Positions 19,670-35,046 are shown, counted from the first letter of the stretch. The stretch is 64,000 bases of DNA from an uncultured Rhodobiaceae bacterium (GCA_913030915.1 CAJWEW010000004.1:22313-86312); one strand, 5' to 3'. Program-made: numbers and translations. The notes: generated by a model not told the origin, from the sequence alone.

Positions 19670-20227
19670 ATGTCAAAAGAGACATCCATACCAGAAGTTG
19701 CCAAGAGGTACGCAAAGGCTACATTTGATCTTGCGGAAGCTGAAAATTTATCAGAGGCAGTATTAAAAGATCTAACTATACTAAAAAAAATAATTATTGA
19801 TAACGCAGAATTGAACCGTTTAATATCAAGCCCTACCTTCACTTCTACTGATCAACTTAACGTGATGAATGAAATTTTTAAGAAGCAAGATATCTCCGTC
19901 CTAGTAAAAAATTTAGTAAACGTTCTGATTAGAAATCGTAGGATAAATTTATTGGTCTCAGTGATTAATGCATATGATCTTATTATGAAAAGTAATAGTG
20001 GGGAAATTATTGCAGAGGTGATTACGGCTGCTGAGTTAAAAGATGATCAGAAACTTGAAATCGTTAGTAATTTAAAAAAAATGACTGGTAAAGAAATCCA
20101 AATCCAATCAAAAGTACAACCAGAAATCATCGCAGGTATAAAAGTTAAAATTGGATCACAGATGATTGATGCATCTGTATCAACAAAATTGAATAATTTA
20201 AAAATTCTTATGAAAGGTGCAAACTAA
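19670..20227 (+). CDS. atpH: F1Fo ATP synthase delta (OSCP) subunit
   Basis: OSCP-like sequence ([13 protein letters not shown]...). I chose the ATG at 19670, which is preceded by AAGAGGT. The ORF-track TTG at 19622 adds 16 unlikely codons. Confidence 0.85.
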   Translation: MSKETSIPEVAKRYAKATFDLAEAENLSEAVLKDLTILKKIIIDNAELNRLISSPTFTSTDQLNVMNEIFKKQDISVLVKNLVNVLIRNRRINLLVSVINAYDLIMKSNSGEIIAEVITAAELKDDQKLEIVSNLKKMTGKEIQIQSKVQPEIIAGIKVKIGSQMIDASVSTKLNNLKILMKGAN

Positions 20228-21762
20228 TGGATCTAAAAGCAGCAGAAATATCAGCAATATTAAAAGAGCAAATAAAAAACTTTGATGCCAACGCTGAAGT
20301 ATCAGAAGTGGGACAAGTATTATCTGTTGGCGACGGAATTGCAAGAGTCTATGGTCTGGACAATGTACAAGCCGGTGAAATGGTTGAATTCACAAACGGT
20401 ATCCAGGGCATGGCTCTAAACCTTGAAATAGATAATGTAGGTATAGTTATTTTCGGTGACGACAAAGATATCCATGAAGGAGATGTTGTAAAGAGAACAG
20501 GAGATATTGTTGAGGTCCCTGTTGGAAAAGAACTTCTTGGCAGGGTTGTGGATGCACTTGGTAACCCAATTGATGGAAAAGGTCCTATTAAAGCTAAAGA
20601 AAATGGGCGCGTCGACATTAAGGCACCAGGCATTATGCCGCGTAAATCAGTTCATGAACCTATGCAAACTGGTCTAAAAGCAATTGATGCTCTTATTCCA
20701 ATTGGCAGGGGTCAGAGGGAATTGATTATTGGAGATAGGCAAACAGGAAAAACAGCAATAGCATTAGATACAATATTAAACCAGAAATCTGTAAACGCAA
20801 CCGATGACGAAAGTGCAAAATTGTATTGCGTATATGTTGCAATTGGACAAAAACGATCATCAGTGGCCCAGTTAGTTAAAATTTTAGAAGATAATGGAGC
20901 CCTTGAGTACTCCGTAGTTGTTGCGGCCACTGCTTCAGATCCCGCTCCATTGCAATATCTGGCGCCGTTTTCAGGCTGTACAATTGGAGAGTATTTTAGG
21001 GATAACGGGATGCATTCATTAATCGTGTATGATGATTTATCGAAGCAGGCGGTCGCATATCGTCAAATGTCACTATTATTGAGGAGGCCGCCAGGTAGGG
21101 AAGCTTATCCTGGTGATGTATTCTATTTGCATTCAAGGCTATTAGAGCGTGCTGCAAAACTCAATGAAGAAAATGGTTCGGGGTCACTCACAGCCCTACC
21201 AGTTATTGAGACACAAGCGAACGATGTCTCAGCATTTATTCCCACAAATGTTATTTCAATTACTGATGGGCAAATATTCCTTGAAACAGATCTGTTCTAT
21301 CAAGGAATTCGTCCAGCCGTTAATGTTGGTTTATCTGTAAGTCGTGTTGGTTCATCAGCTCAGATCAAAGCTATGAAGCAAGTCGCGGGCAAAATAAAGG
21401 GTGAACTTGCGCAATATCGAGAAATGGCAGCTTTTGCCCAATTTGGATCTGATCTTGATGCAACTACACAAAGATTGCTCGCAAGGGGGGAACGCCTAAC
21501 AGAATTACTAAAACAGCCACAATTCAGTCCACTTAAGGTTGAAGAGCAAGTATGCTCAATTTATGCTGCTGTAAATGGGTATCTTGATGATATTGATGTT
21601 GATAAAATATCTTCTTACGAAAAGGGGCTATTGGAACTTATTAATTCATCGAACAAAGATATTCTTGCAGATATACAGAAAGAGTTACAAATTTCTGAAA
21701 AAACAGAAAAGAAATTAGTTGCTATTATCGAGTCATATTCCAAATCTTTTAGTCAGGAGTAG
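20227..21762 (+). CDS. atpA: F1 ATP synthase alpha subunit
   Basis: The 511-aa ORF has the P-loop GDRQTGKT and is typical of the alpha subunit along its full length. Confidence 0.97.
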   Translation: MDLKAAEISAILKEQIKNFDANAEVSEVGQVLSVGDGIARVYGLDNVQAGEMVEFTNGIQGMALNLEIDNVGIVIFGDDKDIHEGDVVKRTGDIVEVPVGKELLGRVVDALGNPIDGKGPIKAKENGRVDIKAPGIMPRKSVHEPMQTGLKAIDALIPIGRGQRELIIGDRQTGKTAIALDTILNQKSVNATDDESAKLYCVYVAIGQKRSSVAQLVKILEDNGALEYSVVVAATASDPAPLQYLAPFSGCTIGEYFRDNGMHSLIVYDDLSKQAVAYRQMSLLLRRPPGREAYPGDVFYLHSRLLERAAKLNEENGSGSLTALPVIETQANDVSAFIPTNVISITDGQIFLETDLFYQGIRPAVNVGLSVSRVGSSAQIKAMKQVAGKIKGELAQYREMAAFAQFGSDLDATTQRLLARGERLTELLKQPQFSPLKVEEQVCSIYAAVNGYLDDIDVDKISSYEKGLLELINSSNKDILADIQKELQISEKTEKKLVAIIESYSKSFSQE

Positions 21763-21766
21763 ATAA

Positions 21767-24102
<2,336 letters not shown>

Positions 24103-24117
24103 TAATAGGATCACATC

Positions 24118-24516
24118 ATGGGTAAACTTAGATTAGATTTTGTAACACCGGAAAGATTGTTATATTCAAATGATGTTGAGCAAGTAATTGTTCCTGGTTC
24201 TGAAGGCGAATTTACTATCCTATCAGACCATTCCCCAATTATTTCATCCCTTAAGCCCGGTTATATAAAAATATACGAGGATCTCTCTAACGAACCAACC
24301 ATCTATTTTGTAACGGATGGTTTTGTCGATATGGCTTCAAATCAACTTACTATTTTGGCGCAAAGTGCTATTGAGAAGAGTCAGCTAACTACCAAAAATC
24401 TTGAAGATATAGTTAACTCATATCAGGGTGAAGCCGATAATACCGAGAATGAAGCAAAAAAAAATAAGCTTAATCTTAAAATTGATGCCGTCAAAGCACT
24501 CCAGGCCGAAGCCTAG
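24118..24516 (+). CDS. atpC: F1 ATP synthase epsilon subunit
   Basis: The 132-aa ORF is the last gene of the atpHAGDC operon and shows an epsilon-type N-terminal beta-sandwich sequence. Confidence 0.9.
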   Translation: MGKLRLDFVTPERLLYSNDVEQVIVPGSEGEFTILSDHSPIISSLKPGYIKIYEDLSNEPTIYFVTDGFVDMASNQLTILAQSAIEKSQLTTKNLEDIVNSYQGEADNTENEAKKNKLNLKIDAVKALQAEA

Positions 24517-25016
24517 TTTGAAAAAATATTATAATCTTTGAATTCTTCGAGGACTTTTCGATAAGTCTCCTTCTTAAAATCTATAACTTGTTCAATAATT
24601 TTATCTCTTTGCTCCCATTTCCATTCAGAAAATTCCTGATTGTGAACCATATTTTTTTCTGGTGTTAAATTTATTTCGTTATCTTCACCACTAAAGAACA
24701 TTAAAAACCATTTCTGTTTCTGTCCCGTAAAATTTCCTCTTGGAGCCTCGAAAATATCATTTGGAATGTCATAGTAATACCAATTTTTTGACTCATAAAT
24801 AATACTTACGTTTTTTATTCCTGTTTCTTCATAGACCTCTCTGTAAACCGCATCGTTTGCTTGTTCGCCACTATCTATACCACCTTGTGGCATTTGCCAA
24901 AGAGGGATTTTTTTTGGATTATCTGATTTTATTAGTCTTTTACCTAACCAGACCTGGTTATATCTATTTATTATCATCGCGCCTGCACATGGCCTGTATT
25001 TATCAGTTTTTTTCAT
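24513..25016 (-). CDS. rppH: RNA pyrophosphohydrolase (Nudix)
   Basis: The 167-aa ORF has the Nudix box GGIDSGEQANDAVYREVYEETGI and an RppH-like YRPCAG N-terminus. Confidence 0.85.
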   Translation of the reverse strand: MKKTDKYRPCAGAMIINRYNQVWLGKRLIKSDNPKKIPLWQMPQGGIDSGEQANDAVYREVYEETGIKNVSIIYESKNWYYYDIPNDIFEAPRGNFTGQKQKWFLMFFSGEDNEINLTPEKNMVHNQEFSEWKWEQRDKIIEQVIDFKKETYRKVLEEFKDYNIFSN

Positions 25017-26218
25017 CAGTCTTTTAGAGTTCTAAGTCGATACCTAGAATTAATAAGTTTTTTAGCATATGTTAATTGTAAATCTTCAGCGTTTGTATCT
25101 GTTTCTTGATTTTCAATTATATACATTGGCATAATACCCACCTTGTCTATTGAGGTATCATTTGGCGTGTAGTATTTTCCTGTTGTCAGTCTAATAGCTC
25201 CATCACCAGAGCCAAGAGGTATAATTGATTGAACAGAACCTTTTCCATAAGTTTTTGTTCCAATTACAGTGGCTCTTTTATTATCACCCAGTGCTCCTGC
25301 AAATATTTCTGAAGCTGAGGCTGAACCACCATTAGTTATAATAATTATTTCTGCCCCATTTGTAATATCACCTTTTTTTGCAAAAAATCTTTGTTTTCTT
25401 GATTGATCCCTAGTTTTCGTGGATACTATCTCCCCTTTATCCAAAAATAAGTCTGTTACTTTAATTGCCTGGTCAAGAAGACCGCCAGGGTTGTTACGAA
25501 TATCAATGATAAAGCCTTTGACATTATTACTGGACTCTTTGTTGATCTCTTTTACAGCAGAGAGGATTTTTTTATCAGCAATGTCATTAAAGCTGGAAAT
25601 TCTGATATATCCAATATTATCATCTAACAACTCAAATTTTACAGGGGTGATTTGAATAATTTCCCTAACAATCTCTACATCAAAGGGCGCGTCATCGCCC
25701 TCACGATAGATTGTTAATATGATAGATGTATTTGCATAACCACGCATCCTATCAACAGCATCATCAAGACTCATACCATAAACGTCATCACCATCGATAC
25801 CTGTTATGTAGTCACCTGATATCAAGCCTGCCCTTGATCCTGGCGTATCGTCAATGGGGGATACAATTCTGACAAAACCATTTTCATCTAATGTTACTTC
25901 AAGACCAAGTCCACCATAAAAACCTTTGGTATCAATGTCCATTTCTTCGAAGTCTTCCTCAGAAAGGTATGTTGAATATGGGTCAAGGGAATTGAGCATA
26001 CCCTTGAGTGCTGAATCCATCAGTTCATCTTTATCAATCTCATCGACATATTTTTTCTCGGCTTCAGTAAAAACTCTGAGAAATAGTTTAAATAGGTCTA
26101 TATCTTCATGATGATCGCCTGCATATGTCTTTGGTGTAAGTAAAATAGAAGATAAGAGTATCGCTAAAAGAAAATATAAAATCCTGAAGTTTGGAGTAAT
26201 GTCACTAAAATTTTTCAT
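25016..26218 (-). CDS. ctpA: Carboxy-terminal processing protease (S41 family, PDZ-containing)
   Basis: The 400-aa ORF has an N-terminal signal/TM segment, a PDZ region (GDYITGIDG), an S41 core (NGGSASASEIFAGAL) and TYGKGSVQ. Confidence 0.85.
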   Translation of the reverse strand: MKNFSDITPNFRILYFLLAILLSSILLTPKTYAGDHHEDIDLFKLFLRVFTEAEKKYVDEIDKDELMDSALKGMLNSLDPYSTYLSEEDFEEMDIDTKGFYGGLGLEVTLDENGFVRIVSPIDDTPGSRAGLISGDYITGIDGDDVYGMSLDDAVDRMRGYANTSIILTIYREGDDAPFDVEIVREIIQITPVKFELLDDNIGYIRISSFNDIADKKILSAVKEINKESSNNVKGFIIDIRNNPGGLLDQAIKVTDLFLDKGEIVSTKTRDQSRKQRFFAKKGDITNGAEIIIITNGGSASASEIFAGALGDNKRATVIGTKTYGKGSVQSIIPLGSGDGAIRLTTGKYYTPNDTSIDKVGIMPMYIIENQETDTNAEDLQLTYAKKLINSRYRLRTLKD

Positions 26219-26220
26219 AT

Positions 26221-26703
26221 TTATTTATGATATGGATGATTGATTAATATTGTTAAGGCTCTATAAATCTGTTCCAGCAGTAAAATACGCACAAGAAGAT
26301 GCGGCAACGTCATTTTGCTGAGGGAAATATTTTCATCAGCTATTTCTTTCATTTTTCCTGATGTTCCATCGGGTCCACCAATAATGAAGTTGAGATTCTT
26401 TTTTGATGATAACTGGTATTCATAAAGCATTGATTTTAGTTTTGTTGAGGAAATCAACTTACCTTTCTCATCAAGTAATATATTTATTGAATTTTGTATA
26501 TCTAATTTTTTAGTCACAGAGTCGAATTCTCGCTGTTTTCGCAATTCAGCATCTTTCTCTCTTGATTTTTCAACTTCATTAACAGTAAAATTTGCAACTC
26601 CGGATCTCTTAGAAATGGATTGGATATTACTTATATAATGATCAGATATAGAGCTGTAGGGACTGTTTAAAACCTTTCCAATTGCTAATATGTTTATGTT
26701 CAA
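26221..26703 (-). CDS. rlmH: 23S rRNA (pseudouridine1915-N3)-methyltransferase
   Basis: The 160-aa SPOUT-type ORF carries IIGGPDG and a C-terminal ..EQIYRALTILINHPYHK. It has a TTG start. Confidence 0.85.
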   Translation of the reverse strand: MNINILAIGKVLNSPYSSISDHYISNIQSISKRSGVANFTVNEVEKSREKDAELRKQREFDSVTKKLDIQNSINILLDEKGKLISSTKLKSMLYEYQLSSKKNLNFIIGGPDGTSGKMKEIADENISLSKMTLPHLLVRILLLEQIYRALTILINHPYHK

Positions 26704-26704
26704 T

Positions 26705-27061
26705 TTATGTTCCTAAACTCTTTTTATTATCAATAACCAGATTTTCAGACCATATTTTTTCAATCATATAGAACTCCCTTACTTCTGGCTTAAATATATT
26801 TACAATTACATCTAGCGCATCTATTAACACCCAGTCACAATTTTGTAGTCCTTCAACCTTTGTGTTTTTGTAGGAGCTGTTTTTAAGCGTTCTTTGTATT
26901 TTATCTGCTATTGAGCTCACATGTCGAGTTGAGGTTCCGCTTGATACAACCATATAATCAGCAATTGAGCTCTTATCTTTTATATCAAGAATTATTATGT
27001 CCTGAGCTTTCATCTCTTCAAGACAATCTCTAATAATCGTAATTAGTTTTTTTTTGGGCAT
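26705..27061 (-). CDS. rsfS: Ribosome silencing factor
   Basis: The 118-aa ORF carries ADYMVVSSGTSTRHV and DWVLIDALDVIVNIF, which are typical of RsfS/YbeB. Confidence 0.85.
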   Translation of the reverse strand: MPKKKLITIIRDCLEEMKAQDIIILDIKDKSSIADYMVVSSGTSTRHVSSIADKIQRTLKNSSYKNTKVEGLQNCDWVLIDALDVIVNIFKPEVREFYMIEKIWSENLVIDNKKSLGT

Positions 27062-27064
27062 TAC

Positions 27065-27694
27065 TTATTTTACCTCAGAGTTCCTTAATTGAGAAGAAGA
27101 TTGATAATTAAGTTTTGTATGTATAAATACCCAGGCGGGTTTCTTGTAATAAATTAATTGATTTGAGTCTGCTTCATCAACTCGGTATTCCCTGTATTTG
27201 TTTGCAAAAACTGATGAAGTTACATTGAGTGATGAACTTGGTCTATCGATTATCGCAATGGGTATTAGCCTCACAATTTTTTCCCATTCTCTCCAAAGAT
27301 GAAATTGATTTAGATTATCCGCACCCATGATCCATGCAAATTTGGACCTATTGTAGCGAGTTTTTAGGTATTCTAGTGTGCCAATGGTGTATTGAATTTG
27401 GGCATTCAGCTCAAGTTTACTTATTGATATATTGGCGGTGTTAATGATTTTTTTTGCTGAAAAAACTCTGTCCTCAAAGTCATATAAAAAATCGTATTTC
27501 TTGAGTGGATTACGAGGGCTCATGATCCACCAAATTTGATCCAATCCAAGTCTCTGTAATGCAATTTTACTTATGTTTAGATGACCTTCATGTGCGGGAT
27601 TAAATGATCCACCCAACAGTCCGATTCTTTGACTTGAGCCGATCGCTTCGCGACTACTTGTAATCCATCTTTTTATTTTGGGATTGCTTATCAT
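27065..27694 (-). CDS. nadD: Nicotinate-nucleotide adenylyltransferase
   Basis: The 209-aa ORF carries GLLGGSFNPAHEGH (the (H/T)xGH motif) and a C-terminal SSSQLR. Confidence 0.85.
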   Translation of the reverse strand: MISNPKIKRWITSSREAIGSSQRIGLLGGSFNPAHEGHLNISKIALQRLGLDQIWWIMSPRNPLKKYDFLYDFEDRVFSAKKIINTANISISKLELNAQIQYTIGTLEYLKTRYNRSKFAWIMGADNLNQFHLWREWEKIVRLIPIAIIDRPSSSLNVTSSVFANKYREYRVDEADSNQLIYYKKPAWVFIHTKLNYQSSSQLRNSEVK

Positions 27695-28963
27695 GTGCTA
27701 AGTTGTCAAGGCCTTGTCTGTCCATTTCCGTAAACTGTATACTTGAAAGTAGTTAGCTGCTCAAGCCCAATAGGACCTCTCGCATGCATTTTTCCCGTTG
27801 AAATACCAATCTCCGCTCCAAATCCAAATTCGCCGCCATCAGCGAACTGTGTCGATGCATTTAGTAGTATGATAGAACTGTTTACTTGATTAAAGAAATA
27901 TTCTGCTACTTTTTTATCTTCAGTTATGATTGCTTCTGTATGCCCTGTTCCATATTTTTTGATGTGTGAAATTGCTTCATTAATGTCTTTGACCACTTTT
28001 ACAGATATAATTGCGTCAAGATATTCAGTCGACCAGTCAGAATCAGAAATATGCTCTGTTTGAGGAAATACATGTTTTATCTGATCGTTTCCTCTTATCT
28101 CGCAACCAACACTCGAGAGCTTTGATAGTATTTTTGGTAGATATTTTTTATAAATTGATTCATCAATCAAAAGGGTTTCTGCTGCACCACAAATTGAAGT
28201 CCTTCTCATCTTAGCGTTGACAGTAACTTCAATTGCTTTCATGATATCTGCTTGTTCGTTTACATAAACATGGCAAATGCCCTCGAGATGGCCAAATACC
28301 GGAACCTTTGCTTCATTTTGCACTCTCGATACAAGACTTTTTCCACCTCTTGGCACTATAACATCAATGCTTGCGTCCAGCCCCTTAAGCATAAGACCAA
28401 CCGCATCTCTATCTTTTGTTGGAACAAGTTGTATAGAATTGCAATCAAGCGACGTCTTATTCAGACCCTCTTTAATTGACTCATAAATTGCGTAACTTGA
28501 ATAGTAGCTATCCGAGCCACTTCTTAATATTGAGGCATTTCCTGACTTTAGACATAAACTTGCTGCATCAGCAGTCACATTTGGCCTGCTCTCATATATA
28601 ATTCCAATAACCCCAATCGGGATACTGATTTTCTTTATATGTAAGCCATTTGGTCGATCCCAGCTTTCCAATACGTTTCCGACAGGGTCATTAAGTTTAG
28701 CAATATCTCTTATGCTTGAAGCAATATTCCTTATTCCAAGATCACTGATAGAGAGCCTATCTATCATTGCCTCAGATAAATCTTTCGATTTTGCAATTTG
28801 GATATCTTTCGCATTTTCGGATAGGATATATTCTTCATTATTTTCAATTTCATTAGCCATCAGGTGCAAAGCATCATTTTTTTCATTATCAGATGCTGTG
28901 CAGAGCCTTTCATACGCAACCTTGGCATTAAAACCAATTTCTCCCATTATTTTTTTAATATCC

Positions 28964-31125
<2,162 letters not shown>

Positions 31126-31198
31126 CTACCAGTATTTTTATATAATGGCGAAAATCAAATTAATTGAGCTAATTATGGTTTTAAAGGAGGAGTTTTGT

Positions 31199-31456
31199 TT
31201 ACTTTACTTCAATAACACTAATGGTTCTTCTACCATTTCTCTTATCTGTAAATTTTACAGCACCAGATTTGGTTGCAAAAATTGTGTGATCTTTTCCAAT
31301 ACCAACATTTTCACCGGGATGCCATGTGGTACCTCTTTGCCTTATAATGATGTTACCAGGAATCACTTGTTCACCACCAAACTTTTTAACGCCAAGTCTT
31401 CTACCGGCTGAGTCGCGTCCGTTCTTTGATGATCCGCCTGCTTTTTTGTGTGCCAT
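31199..31456 (-). CDS. rpmA: 50S ribosomal protein L27
   Basis: The 85-aa ORF begins [16 protein letters not shown]. Confidence 0.95.
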   Translation of the reverse strand: MAHKKAGGSSKNGRDSAGRRLGVKKFGGEQVIPGNIIIRQRGTTWHPGENVGIGKDHTIFATKSGAVKFTDKRNGRRTISVIEVK

Positions 31457-31494
31457 GGTTCCCTCTATTTAATTTATATATATACTAATACTAT

Positions 31495-31974
31495 TCAGCT
31501 TTTTTTAGTAGCTTTTTTTGCTGGTGCCTTCTTTTTAGCCGCCGCCGCTTTTGGGGCTGCTTTTTTTGCTGGTGCTTTCTTTTCAGCCGCTGCCGCTTTT
31601 GGGGCTGCTTTTTTTGCTGGTGCTTTCTTTTCAGCTACTGCACTTTTTTTACTTTTCTGACCTGTAGCAGAAATGTCCAATATCTTTAGCTTTGTTTGAA
31701 ACTGTCTATGGCCGATTGTTCTTCTGGAATTTTGTCTCCTTCTTTTTTTGAAGACTATAATTTTTTTTGCTCTATCTTGTTCAACTATTTCTGCAGTCAC
31801 AGTTGCGTTTTCAATGTATGGAGTTCCAACTATTGTTTTCTCGCCCTCTGTAATCATTAGGATTTCAGTAAATATAATCTCCTTACCCTTTTCGTTTGGG
31901 AGTTTTTCAGTAATAATTACATCACCTTTTTTTACAGAGTATTGTTTGCCGCCAGTTTTAATAACTGCTGTCAT
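31495..31974 (-). CDS. rplU: 50S ribosomal protein L21 with a ~55-aa Ala/Lys/Pro-rich C-terminal extension
   Basis: The N-terminal ~100 aa are L21-like (MTAVIKTGGKQY...GHRQFQTKLKI). The tail is KKSAVAEKKAPAKKAAPKAAAAEKKAPAKKAAPKAAAAKKKAPAKKATKKS. Confidence 0.9.
   Translation of the reverse strand: MTAVIKTGGKQYSVKKGDVIITEKLPNEKGKEIIFTEILMITEGEKTIVGTPYIENATVTAEIVEQDRAKKIIVFKKRRRQNSRRTIGHRQFQTKLKILDISATGQKSKKSAVAEKKAPAKKAAPKAAAAEKKAPAKKAAPKAAAAKKKAPAKKATKKS
31511..31637 (-). repeat. 48-bp tandem repeat, ~2.6 copies, encoding the (KKAPAKKAAPKAAAAE/K) units of the L21 tail
   Basis: Units at 31511-31558 and 31559-31606 differ at only a few positions. A partial third copy occupies 31607-~31637. 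Confidence 0.85.
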
Positions 31975-32030
31975 AAGAGCTCTTTCAATTAAAAATTAAG
32001 TTAATGATCATTTTTTAAAATTAATACCAC

Positions 32031-32059
32031 TATTTAATATTTTAAATAAGCTAAGTCAA
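32031..32059 (-). promoter_or_regulatory. Candidate sigma-70-type promoter of the rplU-rpmA(-obg...) operon
   Basis: On the minus strand: TTGACT (32059-32054), a 17-nt spacer, then TAAATA (32036-32031), about 55 nt upstream of the rplU ATG. Confidence 0.4.
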
Positions 32060-32135
32060 CTTTTCTTTGTTAAATCTCAAAAAAATTTGCTACTTTATAG
32101 GGCTGCATAAAAAAACTTATCTATGAGGAGTAATT

Positions 32136-33125
32136 ATGAAGAAAACAAAAGCTATCGTATTACATAAAAATGGTGATGCAGATCAAATGGTATGGGAAGA
32201 AATTAACCTACCCGACCCTGACCATGGTCAGGTTTTATTAAAACATGAATTTGTTGGCTTTAACATGATCGATATTTATCATCGTTCAGGTATTTACCCA
32301 ACCCCATCAAAGCCGTGTTTTCTTGGAACAGAAGCATCGGGAGTTATCGAAAAAGTCGGTCCTGGTGTAAAGAATTTAAATATTGGAGATAGGGTTGCAT
32401 ATGCTGGAAGTAGTAGCGGTCTCGGCTCCTATTCATACTCAAGAGTAATGAATGCGGATGATTTAATAACAATTCCAGATTGGATGAGATCAGAAGTTGC
32501 GGCGGCTATATTAACAAAAGGAAGAACCGTAGAATATTTATTCAATAGGACATATAAACTGCAAAAAGGAGACAGAATATTATTTAATGCGGCGGCTGGA
32601 GGTGTTGGTCAGATAGCAGGTCAGTGGGCAGCCTCTATTGGCGCAATAGCAATTGGGGTAGTTGGTTCCATCGATAAAGAGAAGTTTGCGCGTAATTCGG
32701 GCTACGAGCATGTATTTAATATGCAAGATCATGACATAGTGAAAGAGGTTATGGCAATAACTGATGGAATAGGCGTTGATGTTGTTTATGACTCAATAGG
32801 CAAGACAACTTGGGATATATCACTTTCTGTCGTGAAGAAGTTAGGGCTTGTAGTTAGTTTTGGCAGTGCATCAGGGAATCCACCATTATATGATATTGCA
32901 AAGGACGGAGTGAAGAATTCTGCGTATATTCACAGAGCGACAATGGTCAACTATATGACCTCACCAGAGATCAGTAAAAAGAGTGCTGAAAGTGTTTTTG
33001 GGATGATCAAAAATGGTAGCATCAACCTCAATCTGAATATGGATTATCATCTGGATGATATTGTCACTGTTCATCAAGATGCTGAGGCAAGGAAAACGGT
33101 CGGGCAGATTGTGATGAAAGTTTAG
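32136..33125 (+). CDS. qor: NADPH:quinone oxidoreductase (zeta-crystallin-type MDR)
   Basis: The 329-aa ORF has a GroES-like N-terminal domain and the AAAGGVGQIAGQWA Rossmann motif. It has no structural-zinc Cys cluster. Confidence 0.8.
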   Translation: MKKTKAIVLHKNGDADQMVWEEINLPDPDHGQVLLKHEFVGFNMIDIYHRSGIYPTPSKPCFLGTEASGVIEKVGPGVKNLNIGDRVAYAGSSSGLGSYSYSRVMNADDLITIPDWMRSEVAAAILTKGRTVEYLFNRTYKLQKGDRILFNAAAGGVGQIAGQWAASIGAIAIGVVGSIDKEKFARNSGYEHVFNMQDHDIVKEVMAITDGIGVDVVYDSIGKTTWDISLSVVKKLGLVVSFGSASGNPPLYDIAKDGVKNSAYIHRATMVNYMTSPEISKKSAESVFGMIKNGSINLNLNMDYHLDDIVTVHQDAEARKTVGQIVMKV

Positions 33126-34150
33126 AAATATTTCTTTAAAATACTCAAATTTTCGATAGACGGAGATCGTCTCCTAGCATGGATATCTCTTGTAAGGTTC
33201 ACTATTTCCTGATTGATAGGGGTATCAACACCATATTCTTTTCCTAAATCTGTTACCAATCCATTGATTTCATCAACCTCACTGTACCTTCCCTTTATGT
33301 GATCGTGTAAAACTGCGTCTCTAGCATTTGGACCAATATCCTTAATTAATTTATCTAGCATAAGTTCAATTGGATTATTGGAATTATTAATTTGTTCTTC
33401 TGATAATCCAAATATTGGTACAATCTTGTATCCATGTTTTTGACCAACCAAGAGAGCCTCTGTACCGATTTTCATTATAAGTTCTTTTATGCCTGGGATC
33501 CTAAATCCATCATAAAGATTAGATCCGAGAGATGCGAATGGACCCATACACATTGCGTTTATGATCAGTTTCATCCACTTTGCAGATATTATGTCATCTA
33601 TGATATCGACATTACCAACTGCAGTTAATATTTCCGCAACTTCTCCCAATCTTCCTCTTACTGACTCGCTTTCAGTACCGACACCAAACCAAGTTTTTTC
33701 ATTTGGTGTATCCCTCTGTATGATTCCTGGGGTGAATAGTTCAGAAGAGCATTCTACAACACACGCTATTGTTCTGTCTGCTCCAACAATTTTTGATATA
33801 CGCTCAGCTGTCATAGCATTTTGAACACCAACTAAAATTCCGTTAGAAGCAAGGTATGGCTCAATAAGTCTTGTGATCCATTGTGTATCATAGGCTTTCA
33901 CGAATAAAAAGACGAAGTCGAAGCTTTGATTCAATTCAGCCAGACTGCACAGATGATGAGCATTTACATCGATATTTCTTGTTTGTTCTGGAAGATTTAT
34001 TGTTAATCCATTGGCATTCATGGCATTTACGTGCTCTGGCCATTGATCGAATAAAGTTACGTCATATCCTGCGGATGTAATATCCGCAGCGGCACAACAA
34101 CCGTTTGCCCCCGTTCCTAATATAGCGATTTTTTTGTTTTTTAATTTCAT
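33122..34150 (-). CDS. 2-dehydropantoate 2-reductase family (ApbA/PanE-like) oxidoreductase
   Basis: The 342-aa ORF has N-terminal KIAILGTGANGCCAA and a C-terminal ApbA_C-like region (..GRYSEVDEINGLV..). Confidence 0.7.
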   Translation of the reverse strand: MKLKNKKIAILGTGANGCCAAADITSAGYDVTLFDQWPEHVNAMNANGLTINLPEQTRNIDVNAHHLCSLAELNQSFDFVFLFVKAYDTQWITRLIEPYLASNGILVGVQNAMTAERISKIVGADRTIACVVECSSELFTPGIIQRDTPNEKTWFGVGTESESVRGRLGEVAEILTAVGNVDIIDDIISAKWMKLIINAMCMGPFASLGSNLYDGFRIPGIKELIMKIGTEALLVGQKHGYKIVPIFGLSEEQINNSNNPIELMLDKLIKDIGPNARDAVLHDHIKGRYSEVDEINGLVTDLGKEYGVDTPINQEIVNLTRDIHARRRSPSIENLSILKKYF

Positions 34151-34182
34151 TGTAAGCCGATATACCTATTTCTTGTATGGAT

Positions 34183-34920
34183 TTAGTATGGAACAGTTTC
34201 ACCACGCCAGTCAATGATATTACCGGTATCGTTGTGATCAATATTGTTCAGCGCTTTAATTAAATATTCCGCTGCCTCTTCTTTTGTGAAGACTCTTTTA
34301 TTTTTGATTTTCTGAGTAAATGGACTCGATAGCTGAGTATCAACCGTGCCAGGGTGCAGTCCTACACAAATTGCATTCTTATTGCTATATGATAGTTCGA
34401 TTGACAAAGTTTTGATAAGCATATTAAGCGCAGTCTTTGAAGATCTGTAACTATACCAACCCCCCAGTCTGTTATCCGACATACTGCCTAATCTTGCCGA
34501 CATAAAAGCGATAATTGATGCACTTTCTTTTGTGAGTAGTGGAGCAAAATACTTACAAACTAAAAATGGAATGAAAGTATTAACTTGGAATATTTCTTGC
34601 AAATAATCGAGATTAATCTCTCTATAAGTTCTCTCTGGTGAATTATTACTTGTATGCAGCAATCCTGTCGTATTTAATACAACATCGAGACTACCATATT
34701 GTTTTTTAATCTCCTCTGCACATTGTGCCACTGAATGCTCATCTAGCATATCCATCTCGAATTGATTTTTCTTTGCCTTTTGACGGACAATTTCGATAAT
34801 AGTATTCTCACGTTCCATAGCCCGAATCTGTCGAGATATTGTCGAACCAATGCCACCACTTGCACCAATGATGGCAACTTTTGCTTTGCTAAAAATGTTT
34901 TTATTCTCAATATTTATCAT
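34183..34920 (-). CDS. Short-chain dehydrogenase/reductase (SDR)
   Basis: The 245-aa ORF carries VAIIGASGGIGS and YRSSK (the YxxxK catalytic motif). It is divergent from the ECF sigma gene. Confidence 0.75.
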   Translation of the reverse strand: MINIENKNIFSKAKVAIIGASGGIGSTISRQIRAMERENTIIEIVRQKAKKNQFEMDMLDEHSVAQCAEEIKKQYGSLDVVLNTTGLLHTSNNSPERTYREINLDYLQEIFQVNTFIPFLVCKYFAPLLTKESASIIAFMSARLGSMSDNRLGGWYSYRSSKTALNMLIKTLSIELSYSNKNAICVGLHPGTVDTQLSSPFTQKIKNKRVFTKEEAAEYLIKALNNIDHNDTGNIIDWRGETVPY

Positions 34921-35046
34921 GATTTATTCATATCTTACTATAATGATTATAATAATCAGTAAAAAAATATAAAACTTTAAACTATTTACTGGAGGTGCAC
35001 GTTTAATATGTGTTACATTAGTTCATGTGCAAGATAATATGTAACA

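Noticed and set aside
31448-31660. A 70-aa plus-strand ORF rich in F/A/G repeats (..FFAGAFFLAAAAFGAAFF..), which could look like a repetitive membrane peptide.
   Set aside because: It is the exact antisense of the Ala/Lys-rich tandem repeat in rplU (GCn/AAR codons read backwards give TTY/nGC). It has no RBS and no independent support.
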